DNA of 64,000 bases, taken from contig CBDFGR010000002.1 of assembly GCA_965247115.1 (NCBI GenBank), forward strand, positions 1,920,001-1,984,000, given 5' to 3'. Made by a program: the position numbers and the translations under genes. The DNA is from Myxococcota bacterium. GTDB lineage: Bacteria > Myxococcota_A > UBA9160 > SZUA-336. Positions 39,755 to 48,613 of this stretch are shown piece by piece (position 1 is the first letter of the stretch; each line of letters opens with the position of its first letter). The notes below the pieces were generated by a model. That model searched no databases and had not been told where the DNA came from. It was given only the letters and a program-made list of their open reading frames with translations.

Positions 39755-39849
39755 GACTACAGGGTACCCGAAGGTGGCCAGATCAGCTGGACGAGCCCAC
39801 AACTGCGGCGGCCTCCTCTGTGAGATGATGAGGGAAAAGGGAGGACTCG

Positions 39850-40845
39850 ATGGCAGACCTGTTTCGCATCTACGGTGCCGAGCTCTCGCCTTACTCGGTC
39901 AAGGTTCGCTCGTACTTCCGCTACAAGGGCATCCCGCACGCGTGGATCCGCCGCACCGCGGAGACTCAGGGGGACTACCAGAGGCACGCGAAGCTCCCGC
40001 TCATCCCGCTGGTCGTGACACCCGACGACGAGGGCATTCAGGATTCCACGCCGATCGTCGAGAAGCTGGAGGTCCGCTTCCCGGAGCCATCTATCCAGCC
40101 GACGGACCCGACCGCGGCTTTCGTGTCCGCGCTCGTCGAGGAGTTCGGCGATGAGTGGGGCAACAAGTGGATGTTCCACTACCGCTGGGCCCGCGACGTA
40201 GATCAGCTCTGCGCCGCGGGACGCATCGCGCGTGGCGCGCTGCCGACAGCAAGCGAGGAGCAGCTTGCTGGCATGGTGGACCAAGTGAGGGAGAGGATGG
40301 TGAACCGCGTCTGGTTCGTGGGCTCGAGCGAGAAAACGGCGCCGCAGATCGAGGACTCCTTTGTCGAGGCTCTGGATCTGCTGAACGTCCACCTGGCCGA
40401 GCGCCCCTACCTGTTCGGATCGAGACCCGCCTTCGGCGACTTCGGGCTCTGGGGGCAGATTTACAACGCCTGGACCGATCCCACGCCGTGCGCGATCGTC
40501 GAGGGGCGTGCCCCCGAGGTACTGGCCTGGGTACAGCGAATGCTCTGGCCTCGACAGGAGGGCGAGTTCGAGGCGTGGTCGAGTCTCGAGCCGACTCTCA
40601 TGCCGTTCCTCCAGCAGATCGGTCGCCTCTTCGTGCCCTGGACCCTTGCAAACGCCGCGGCCATCGCCTCCGGCCAGGAGGAGTTCAGCGTCGAGCTGGA
40701 CGGGCAGACGTGGACGCAGAAGCCGCAGAAGTATCACGCCAAGTCTCTTGGCGTGTTGCGCGAGAAGTACGCCGCGGTGGCCGACAAGAACGCGCTGAAT
40801 CCCGTCCTCGAACGCGCTGGCTGTCTCGCCGGGCTCGAGGGCTGA
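39850..40845 (+). CDS. Glutathione S-transferase family protein
   Basis: SPYSVKVRSYFRYKGI, IPLV, DSTPI, EEFGDEW. Confidence 0.88.
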   Translation: MADLFRIYGAELSPYSVKVRSYFRYKGIPHAWIRRTAETQGDYQRHAKLPLIPLVVTPDDEGIQDSTPIVEKLEVRFPEPSIQPTDPTAAFVSALVEEFGDEWGNKWMFHYRWARDVDQLCAAGRIARGALPTASEEQLAGMVDQVRERMVNRVWFVGSSEKTAPQIEDSFVEALDLLNVHLAERPYLFGSRPAFGDFGLWGQIYNAWTDPTPCAIVEGRAPEVLAWVQRMLWPRQEGEFEAWSSLEPTLMPFLQQIGRLFVPWTLANAAAIASGQEEFSVELDGQTWTQKPQKYHAKSLGVLREKYAAVADKNALNPVLERAGCLAGLEG

Positions 40846-40873
40846 TCCTCCAAACCTCTGATCGGGAGCAGCC

Positions 40874-41557
40874 ATGATCGACCTCTACACAGCCTCGACA
40901 CCGAACGGCTGGAAGGCCTCCGTCACGCTGGAGGAGCTCGAGCTCTCCTACGAGACACACCCTGTCAACCTCAGCGAGGGCGAGCAGAGGCAGGACTGGT
41001 TCCTCAAGCTCAACCCGAACGGCCGCATTCCCGTGATCGTCGATCGCGACGAGGGCAACTTCCCTGTCTTCGAGACGGGCGCGATCATGATCTACCTGGC
41101 CGAGAAGACCGGGCGCCTGCTGCCCAGCGATGCAAAGGGCCGCTCGCGCGTGATCCAGTGGCTCATGTTCCAGATGGGCGGGATCGGCCCGATGATGGGT
41201 CAGGCAAACGTGTTCTTCCGGTACTTCCCCGAGAAGCTCCAGCCGGCGATTGACCGTTACCAGAACGAGACGCGGCGGCTCCTCGAGGTCCTCGAGCGCA
41301 GGCTCGGCGAGTCCGAGTGGCTGGCCGATGAGTACTCGATTGCGGACATCGCGAACTGGTGCTGGGTGCGCACCTACAAGTGGTCCGGCGTCTCGGCCGA
41401 CGGCCTTCCGAACCTGAAACGCTGGCGGGACGCGCTGCGGGAACGGCCAGCCTGTCAGCGCGGCATCGAGGTTCCCGCCGCTCTTGCCAACATGGAGAAC
41501 GACGGAGAGGCTCAGAAGAGTTTCTCCGAGAACGCGCGCAAGATCGTCCAGATGTAG
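40874..41557 (+). CDS. GST, YfcG/YghU-like disulfide-bond oxidoreductase
   Basis: [40 protein letters not shown]. Confidence 0.92.
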   Translation: MIDLYTASTPNGWKASVTLEELELSYETHPVNLSEGEQRQDWFLKLNPNGRIPVIVDRDEGNFPVFETGAIMIYLAEKTGRLLPSDAKGRSRVIQWLMFQMGGIGPMMGQANVFFRYFPEKLQPAIDRYQNETRRLLEVLERRLGESEWLADEYSIADIANWCWVRTYKWSGVSADGLPNLKRWRDALRERPACQRGIEVPAALANMENDGEAQKSFSENARKIVQM

Positions 41558-41575
41558 CAGGACGAGGAGAAGAAC

Positions 41576-42337
41576 ATGGCCTACGTCAACTACGACAAGC
41601 AGGATCACATCGCGATCATCACGCTGAACCGGCCCGATCGCCTCAACGCCTTTAGTCGCGAGCTCGTGGAGCACCTCCTGGAGGCGGAGACGAGCTTCGC
41701 CGAAGACGACGACGCGTGGGTGGTCATCTACACGGGAGCCGGCGACCGCGCGTTCAGCGCCGGCCGGGACCTGAAGGAGGCCGCCACGAGTACGGAGCAG
41801 CCGGCGAGGAGCACCACCTCTCGGCGCAGGGGCTTCACGGATCACGTGAAACCGACGATCGCCGCGGTGAACGGCTTTGCTTACGGGGGCGGAACCGAGC
41901 TCGCCCTCAGTCGCGACATCCGGATCTGCTCGGAGAACGCAGTCTTCGCGCTCTCGGAGGTCAAGGTGGGCCTGTGTCCTCCGAGCGGATCGCTCACCCT
42001 CCCGCGCCTGGTCGGTCTCTCGAACGCGATGTGGCTGCTGCTGAGCGGCGAACCCATCGACGCGCAGGAGGCACTCCGGATCGGTCTGGTTACCCGAGTC
42101 GTGCCACAGAGCGAGCTCCTGCCGACGGCGACCAAGATGGCGGAGATCATCTGCCAGAACGCGCCGCTCGCGGTGCGGGCCACCAAGCAGCTGGCCAAGC
42201 TCGGCATGGAGGTCCCGCTCGAGTACGCGCAGAGTCTTGGCGCCGGTACGGTCAGCTCGGTGTGGGGCTCGGAGGACGCTGTGGAGGGAGCGAAGGCGTT
42301 TGCCGAGAAGCGGCCTCCCGTATGGAGCAACCGCTAA
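41576..42337 (+). CDS. Enoyl-CoA hydratase/isomerase
   Basis: NRPDRLNA, AFSAGRDL, GGGTE, SEVKVG. Confidence 0.9.
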   Translation: MAYVNYDKQDHIAIITLNRPDRLNAFSRELVEHLLEAETSFAEDDDAWVVIYTGAGDRAFSAGRDLKEAATSTEQPARSTTSRRRGFTDHVKPTIAAVNGFAYGGGTELALSRDIRICSENAVFALSEVKVGLCPPSGSLTLPRLVGLSNAMWLLLSGEPIDAQEALRIGLVTRVVPQSELLPTATKMAEIICQNAPLAVRATKQLAKLGMEVPLEYAQSLGAGTVSSVWGSEDAVEGAKAFAEKRPPVWSNR

Positions 42338-42356
42338 ACACGTCGCCTGAGCCCAT

Positions 42357-43805
42357 CTACTCGGGAAGCACTTCGTGCGCGACCACTGGCTCGCTCTTTC
42401 CTGCCAGCGAAAGCTCGAGCCTTCTCCCGAAGCTGCAGTCGAGTTCTGCCAGGTTGCCCCGCACCTCGTCGGTCACGAGCAGGCTCGCATCGTGAACCTT
42501 GGTCTGCCCCTCGAGGCGGGCTGCCACGTTCACGACGTCTCCGATCGCCGTGAACTGCCTCTTGAGTCGGAAGCCCACCTGACCGGCGACGACGGGACCG
42601 AAGCTCACGCCGATGCCCATTTGGAACTCGCGCCCCACGTGGGCGAGGAGGTAGCGGTTCACGTCCGACATGCGCCGGAGCATCCCCAGTGCGGCGCGAA
42701 CCGCATCCACGCACGGGGAGACGGCGCGGTTGGTCTGCAGGCCGAAGAGCGCCATGATCCCGTCGCCAAGGTAGTCCTTGATGTACCCGCGATGCTCCTC
42801 GATGGGCTCGCACACCGCTCCCAGGTACCGGTTCAGGGCATGGACCACATCGTAGGGGAGGTGCTCCTCGGAGAACGAAGTGAAACCTCGCAGGTCCGAG
42901 AAGAGCACGGCGAGCTTCATCTCTCGCCCGGCGGAAGTCTCGTCGCCGGTCATCGCGTCGACCGCATCGTCCGCGTCGACTACCAGGCGGCGGGCGCGGA
43001 CGGGACCGGTGACTCGGGTCTGGCAGGCAAGGCGAATGTCGGGTGGGAGTCCCTTGATGCGGGCGAGCCGCGCCTCGATCTGGTTGCGAGGCAGACAGTT
43101 CTCCTGGCCGTCGAGGATCAGCACCCGACAGGTCGAGCACCTGGCGCGGCCCCCGCACTCGGACATGTGGGGGATCCCGTTCTGCTGTGAGATCTGGAGC
43201 AGCGTCTGGAGGGCGGTGCCTGCGGCCTTCTCTCCTCCTTCGTACTCGACGACCACGCGCCGCGGCAGATCGTGCAGCTGCGGCTCCTGCGCAGCGATGG
43301 CGGGAGCCTCGGGAGCCGGAGAGAGAAACCTGGCGAGGTAGCTGTCCGCTTGGTGTGACCGAGGCTCGCGCGCAGATCGGTCCGTCATCTGCTCGGCGAC
43401 GCTCTTTGCCCCTCGGATCATGCCGTCCGCGATCAGCTTCAAGGCATCGAGCCAGGCAGCCTCCACTTCGTCGTTGAAGCGCTCGCCGAGCACGTCGCGA
43501 AGTGCCTCACAGAACGCACGCGCTGCCTCGGCGTAGAGGTCGGCCTCTGCTCCGTAGCGGAGGTGGCGATACCCGAGACCCTCGAGTACGGGCGCGAGCT
43601 CATCCAGCCGATCGGTCCCGCTGATCACCAGTCCGACGGCCTGGAGCACCATCTGCCCCTGCTGCGTCATGTCGACGCCGTCGAAGAGCTCCCTGCTCTC
43701 AGGTGCTGCTGTGAAGAAGTGCTGGTAGAAGCGCGACGCTAGACCGGGCTCCCGCACGGCCTCACGAAAGCTCGAGCTCAGCAGCTCCGCCGTTTCGGAG
43801 TTCAC
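42357..43805 (-). CDS. Globin + [2Fe-2S] ferredoxin + class III nucleotide cyclase fusion (alternative start 43928)
   Basis: Globin: RFY, RELF, QQG, LGYRHLRYG, EAAW; ferredoxin: CGGRARCSTC..RLAC; cyclase: FSDLRGFT, GDG, TAIGDVVNVAARLE. Confidence 0.9.
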   Translation of the reverse strand: MNSETAELLSSSFREAVREPGLASRFYQHFFTAAPESRELFDGVDMTQQGQMVLQAVGLVISGTDRLDELAPVLEGLGYRHLRYGAEADLYAEAARAFCEALRDVLGERFNDEVEAAWLDALKLIADGMIRGAKSVAEQMTDRSAREPRSHQADSYLARFLSPAPEAPAIAAQEPQLHDLPRRVVVEYEGGEKAAGTALQTLLQISQQNGIPHMSECGGRARCSTCRVLILDGQENCLPRNQIEARLARIKGLPPDIRLACQTRVTGPVRARRLVVDADDAVDAMTGDETSAGREMKLAVLFSDLRGFTSFSEEHLPYDVVHALNRYLGAVCEPIEEHRGYIKDYLGDGIMALFGLQTNRAVSPCVDAVRAALGMLRRMSDVNRYLLAHVGREFQMGIGVSFGPVVAGQVGFRLKRQFTAIGDVVNVAARLEGQTKVHDASLLVTDEVRGNLAELDCSFGRRLELSLAGKSEPVVAHEVLPE

Positions 43806-43823
43806 GGTGGGAGAGGTACCATA

Positions 43824-43921
43824 CTGATCGGGCGCTTGCCGATCGGGCGCTTTGCCGATCTGATCGGGCGCTTTGCCGATCTGATCGGGCGCTTGCCGAC
43901 CTGGTCGGACGCGTGCCGACC
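43824..43921. repeat. Tandem array of about 5 palindromic 17-21-bp units (consensus CTGATCGGGCGCTT(T)GCCGAT)
   Basis: Four near-identical copies at 43824-43900 plus degenerate CTGGTCGGACGCGTGCCGACC. Confidence 0.9.
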
Positions 43922-43924
43922 GCT

Positions 43925-45202
43925 TCACCCCCGCGAGGGATGGGATACGCGAACGGGCATCTCGGTGACGGCAACATGCTCTTGCAACGCCTGTTGCTGC
44001 TGCCGATAACCTTCGATGTGGCGGCCGTAGCTACGGGCTGCGGGCGCTGCGCTCGCACCGTGCAACAACACGCTCGCGAGGACTGTGAGGGTCACGGCTG
44101 CGAAGATCTCTTCGCGGTGCGGAATGCCGGAGGACTCCACGATCAGCAGCCCGAACAGGATGGAGGCGAGACCCCGGGGTCCGAACCAGCCCAGGAACAC
44201 GACCGAGACGGGTCTCAGGCGTGCCCCCAGGAGCCCGAGGGAGACAGGCAGCATGCGGACGAGGGTCAGGCTCAGGAGCGCGTATACGGCGATCTCCACG
44301 CTCCAGTGCTCGATCGAGGGACCCACCAGCAGTGCGCCGAACAGCGAGAAAGTGACGAGGACCAGCAGCTGGCCCTCCACCTCCGTGAACTCGTAGAGAC
44401 AGCTGCACACGGAGCGAGCGCTGTTCCCGATTGTGAGTCCGGCGACGAAGGTCGCGATGAATCCGTTCCCGCCGACTGCGTCCGCGCCGGCATAGGCGAG
44501 CAGCGCGAGGGCGAGACCCGAGAGCTGCTGGAAGCTGTGGTTCATCCAGCCCGCTTCCGAGGTGCGCTGCACGATCTTGCCGCCGAGGTACCCGACCGCG
44601 ATACCCACGAGTGGCCCCAGCAGGAGCTGCTTCGCCGTGTATACCACCCACGGTGTCACCTCCTGCTGGCTCCCCGCTTCGGCCAGCGCTGCAAGCAGGA
44701 GGACCGCGGGTAGGGCGAGTCCGTCGTTGAGGCCGCTCTCGACGTTCAGGCTCTGGCGCAGTCGCACCGGTACGACCGGGTCGCTCACCACGGCTTGCCC
44801 GAGTGCCGCGTCGGTGGGAGTGAGGATCGCCGCCAGGAGCGCAGCCTCGAAGATCGAGAAGTCAGGGAACAGGCCCAGCGCGACGAGGGTGCCGAGCCCG
44901 AGCGTCAGGGGCATGCTGACGACGAGCAGCCGCAGGGGCAGGTGGTACTCGCGTCGTAGGGTGCGGAGGTTGATACGCGCGGCGTCCAGGAAAAGTACCA
45001 GGGCCAGTGTGATCTCCGCGAAGGCGTGCACCCAGGTGGCCCCACCATCGACGGACACCAGGTGCAACCCGTACGGGCCGATTGCCAGGCCGAAGGCCAC
45101 GAACACCATGGGTGGTGTCACGATGCTCATCTGGACGCGCATCGAGATCAGGCCGAAGCCAAGGATCAGGAGTCCCAGAGCGAGAAGAGAGTGGGCGTCC
45201 AT
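43925..45202 (-). CDS. CPA1 (NhaP-type) cation:proton antiporter
   Basis: LVLFLDA, TPTDAALG, LNVESGLNDG, GWFGPRGLAS; many TM helices; SD GGAGG before ATG 45202. Confidence 0.92.
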   Translation of the reverse strand: MDAHSLLALGLLILGFGLISMRVQMSIVTPPMVFVAFGLAIGPYGLHLVSVDGGATWVHAFAEITLALVLFLDAARINLRTLRREYHLPLRLLVVSMPLTLGLGTLVALGLFPDFSIFEAALLAAILTPTDAALGQAVVSDPVVPVRLRQSLNVESGLNDGLALPAVLLLAALAEAGSQQEVTPWVVYTAKQLLLGPLVGIAVGYLGGKIVQRTSEAGWMNHSFQQLSGLALALLAYAGADAVGGNGFIATFVAGLTIGNSARSVCSCLYEFTEVEGQLLVLVTFSLFGALLVGPSIEHWSVEIAVYALLSLTLVRMLPVSLGLLGARLRPVSVVFLGWFGPRGLASILFGLLIVESSGIPHREEIFAAVTLTVLASVLLHGASAAPAARSYGRHIEGYRQQQQALQEHVAVTEMPVRVSHPSRG

Positions 45203-45297
45203 CGTGCCTCCGGTGCCGTATTCTAGAACGGCCGAGCCTGCGCCGTCCGTCTTGTCATTCTCGTCGTCGAGAGATAGAAGAGTGTCGAGGCTAGCCA

Positions 45298-46734
45298 GTG
45301 GACTACTTTCCCTTACTCGTGCCAGGCGGGAAGGCGGGCTCGCGCCCCGCCAGCGTCGACGCACCATTCGACGGGTCGGTCATTGCGGAGATCGAGACGG
45401 CGGGTGAGGACGTGGCCGAGCTGGCGCTCGGTACTGCGTACGCGCTCTATCGCGATCGCGATGCCTGGCTCCCTCTGCCGCGAAGAATCGAGATCCTCGG
45501 ACGCGCCGCGGAGCTCATGCAGGGCCGTCGTGACGAGCTTGCTCATGAGGCGGCTCGCGAGGGCGGAAAGCCTCTCATCGACTCGCAGGTCGAGGTCGAC
45601 CGGGCCATCGATGGCGTGCGCGAGTGTGTAGAGCTGCTGCGCACGCGTGCGGGTCGCAGGATCCCCATGAACATCAACCCGGCCTCCAGTGGCCGGCTGG
45701 CGTTCACGCATCACGAGCCCATCGGCGTGGTGCTGGCGTTCAGCGCCTTCAACCACCCTGTGAACCTGATCGTGCATCAGGTCTGCCCCGCCGTAGCTGC
45801 CGGGTGCCCCTTCATCGTGAAGCCCGCGGAAGCCACGCCGCTCTCGTGCATGCGCGTGGTGTCGATCCTCAGGGAGGCGGGACTTCCCGAGGAGTGGGGA
45901 CAGGCGCTCCTGGCGAGCGACAGGGGCGTTGCGAGCAAGCTCGTCAGCGATCCGCGCGTCGCGTTCTTCAGCTTCATCGGCAGCGGCCGCGTCGGCTGGA
46001 TGCTGCGCTCCATGCTCGCGCCGGGCGCTCGCTGTGCGCTGGAACACGGGGGTGCCGCCCCGGTCATCGTGTCGAAGGATGCGGACCTCGACGAGGCTGT
46101 GCCGCTGCTCTCAAAGGGGGGGTTCTATCACGCCGGTCAGGTGTGCGTGTCGGTTCAGCGCGTGTTCGCAGAGCGCAGCATCGCGCGGGAGCTCGCGTCG
46201 CGACTCGCCACGGCCGCCAACGCCCTCAGGGTGGGCGACCCGACGCTGCCGGACACGGAGGTGGGGCCGCTGATTCGTCCCGGCGAGGTCGAACGGATCG
46301 ACGAGTGGGTCCGCGAAGCGCGAGATCGCTCCGGTGAGATCCTGTCCGGGGGGACGGCGCTCTCCGAGCGAACATTCGCGCCGACCGTGGTTCTCGACGC
46401 GCCGAACGACGTGCGCGTCAGCACGCTCGAGATCTTCGGCCCGGTCGTGTGCGTGTACTCCTACGACGACATCGATCAGGCCATCGCGCGCGCGAACGCG
46501 CTCCCGTATTCGTTCCAGGCGGCCGTGTTCACGAGCAACCTCGACACCGCGCTGCGGGTCACGCAGCGAATCGACGCCGCAGCCGTCATGGTGAACGACC
46601 ACTCCGCGTTCCGTGTCGACTGGATGCCGTTCGCGGGTCTGCGCGAATCCGGCTTTGGAGTCGGTGGCATCCCGTACACGCTCGAGGACATGCAGGTCGA
46701 GAAGATGACCGTAATCCGCTCCAAGGAGCTCTGA
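45298..46734 (+). CDS. Aldehyde dehydrogenase
   Basis: AFNHP, KPA..TP, FIGS, LEHGG, GQVCVS, EIFGP. Confidence 0.92.
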   Translation: MDYFPLLVPGGKAGSRPASVDAPFDGSVIAEIETAGEDVAELALGTAYALYRDRDAWLPLPRRIEILGRAAELMQGRRDELAHEAAREGGKPLIDSQVEVDRAIDGVRECVELLRTRAGRRIPMNINPASSGRLAFTHHEPIGVVLAFSAFNHPVNLIVHQVCPAVAAGCPFIVKPAEATPLSCMRVVSILREAGLPEEWGQALLASDRGVASKLVSDPRVAFFSFIGSGRVGWMLRSMLAPGARCALEHGGAAPVIVSKDADLDEAVPLLSKGGFYHAGQVCVSVQRVFAERSIARELASRLATAANALRVGDPTLPDTEVGPLIRPGEVERIDEWVREARDRSGEILSGGTALSERTFAPTVVLDAPNDVRVSTLEIFGPVVCVYSYDDIDQAIARANALPYSFQAAVFTSNLDTALRVTQRIDAAAVMVNDHSAFRVDWMPFAGLRESGFGVGGIPYTLEDMQVEKMTVIRSKEL

Positions 46735-46791
46735 GCGGATCGCGTGATGTAGGATCCCTGGTCTAGGGCTCGAATCTGGCTGGAGGAGAAC

Positions 46792-47622
46792 ATGGAATAT
46801 CAGGCCATTCTGTATGAGAAGAAAGAGGCCATCGCCTATATCACCTTGAACCGCCCCGAGAAGCTCAACGCGCTCAGCCAGGAGATGATGGCGGAGCTAC
46901 GGCACGTGCTGAACGACATCGACGGAGACGATGCCGTGCGCGTCGTCATCCTCACGGGCGCCGGGCGAGCGTTCTCGGCTGGCTTCGACATAAGCGGTGA
47001 GAGCGTGGACGGCGATGGGCGGGAGATCTACGAACGCCAGCCCGACGAGTGGCGCCAGTCGCTCAAGGAGAACATCGACACCTTCTTGCTGATCTGGAAC
47101 CTGAGCAAGCCGGTGATCGCCGCGATCAACGGCTATGCACTCGCGGGTGCGTGCGAGCTGGCGCAGCTCTGCGACATCAAGATCGCTTCCAGCGAGGCCG
47201 TACTGGGCGAGCCTGAGATCCGCTTCGGGACGGGCCCTCCTCTCCTGATCACTCCGTTCAGTGTCGGTCTCGCGAAGGCGAAGGAGCTGCTCTTGACCGG
47301 CGATATGATCGATGCGCACGAGGCCGAGCGCCTGGGGATGATCAACCGCGTGGTGCCACCTGATCGCCTGATGGAGGAGTGCGAGCGTACCGCTCGCAAG
47401 CTCACGAAGATCGCTCAGGTGGGCCTGAAGCTGAACAAAATCGCCGTCAACCGGGCGTTGGAAGGTATGGGGTTCTTGAGCGCGATTCAGCACAACCTCG
47501 AGCTCGTAGTCCAGTTCGACATTTCCCGCACGCCGGAGCAAGAGCAGTTCAATTCGATCCGGGCCGAACGCGGCTTGCGTGCTGCACTGGATTGGCGCGA
47601 CGAGCGCTTCGCGGAGGACTGA
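46792..47622 (+). CDS. Enoyl-CoA hydratase/isomerase
   Basis: NRPEKLNA, AFSAGFDI, KPVIAAINGYALAGACE, PEIRFG. Confidence 0.9.
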   Translation: MEYQAILYEKKEAIAYITLNRPEKLNALSQEMMAELRHVLNDIDGDDAVRVVILTGAGRAFSAGFDISGESVDGDGREIYERQPDEWRQSLKENIDTFLLIWNLSKPVIAAINGYALAGACELAQLCDIKIASSEAVLGEPEIRFGTGPPLLITPFSVGLAKAKELLLTGDMIDAHEAERLGMINRVVPPDRLMEECERTARKLTKIAQVGLKLNKIAVNRALEGMGFLSAIQHNLELVVQFDISRTPEQEQFNSIRAERGLRAALDWRDERFAED

Positions 47623-47712
47623 GGCCACGTCCTCGCCCCCCGGGTGTTGCCTCTCCGGCGAACGACCCCGAGTTGCCGTCGACGTTCCCCGACCCGTAGC
47701 ATGCCTGCCTAG

Positions 47713-48609
47713 ATGCCGTCCGCCCCGACTACTGGAGAACGAGAGAGGCCCGGCCCGACCGCCGCGGACTTCGAAGGTTCGGCAACGGACCACCGCCTGC
47801 TCACCGCGCCCTGGTATCTCCCGGTCGCCGATGAGGTGGAGGTCTTCCTCGCCGCCTACCAGGCGCGGCTGCCGGTCCTGCTCAAGGGTCCGACGGGCTG
47901 CGGCAAGACCCGCTTCGTGGAGCACGTCACGTGGCGCCTGTACAGGGGTACCGAGGCGCAGCGCAGCCGGCTCGAGGAGCCCTTGGTCACGGTCGCATGC
48001 CACGAGGACCTGACGGGAACCGATCTCGTCGGTCGCTACCTGCTGGAGGGGGACGAGACCGTCTGGATGGACGGTCCGCTCACGCGCGCCGTTCGCGAGG
48101 GCGCAATCTGCTACCTGGACGAGATCGTCGAGGCCCGCAAGGACACGACCGTACTCATCCACTCCCTGACGGATCACCGGCGCATGCTGCCGATCGAGAA
48201 GCGCGGCGAGACGCTCGATGCGCATCCGGACTTCCTGCTCGTCATCTCTTACAACCCGGGCTACCAGAGCGTGCTCAAGGACCTCAAGCCGAGCACGCGC
48301 CAGCGCTTTGTGAGTCTCGAGTTCGACTATCCGGACGTGGAGCTCGAGGCGAGCATCATTGTCCACGAGAGCGGAGTCGACGAGCGCGCCGCCGAGCGTC
48401 TCGCGACGATCGGCGAGCGGGTGCGCAATCTGCGCGAGCACGGCTTCGAGGAGGGTGTCAGCACGCGGCTCCTGATCTACGCCGGAAAGCTCATGACCCA
48501 GAAGATCGAGCCGCGCCGCGCTTGCGACGTTGCCGTCGCTCGCGCAGTGAGCGACGATCCCGACGTGCAGCAGGCGATCAACGAGATCATCGACGTCCTG
48601 CTGCCCTGA
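47713..48609 (+). CDS. CbbQ/NirQ/NorQ family MoxR AAA+ ATPase
   Basis: [53 protein letters not shown]. Confidence 0.93.
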   Translation: MPSAPTTGERERPGPTAADFEGSATDHRLLTAPWYLPVADEVEVFLAAYQARLPVLLKGPTGCGKTRFVEHVTWRLYRGTEAQRSRLEEPLVTVACHEDLTGTDLVGRYLLEGDETVWMDGPLTRAVREGAICYLDEIVEARKDTTVLIHSLTDHRRMLPIEKRGETLDAHPDFLLVISYNPGYQSVLKDLKPSTRQRFVSLEFDYPDVELEASIIVHESGVDERAAERLATIGERVRNLREHGFEEGVSTRLLIYAGKLMTQKIEPRRACDVAVARAVSDDPDVQQAINEIIDVLLP

Positions 48610-48613
48610 GCTC

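Noticed and set aside
43824..43921. CRISPR array
   Set aside because: Units are directly adjacent with no unique spacers, and there are no cas genes in the window
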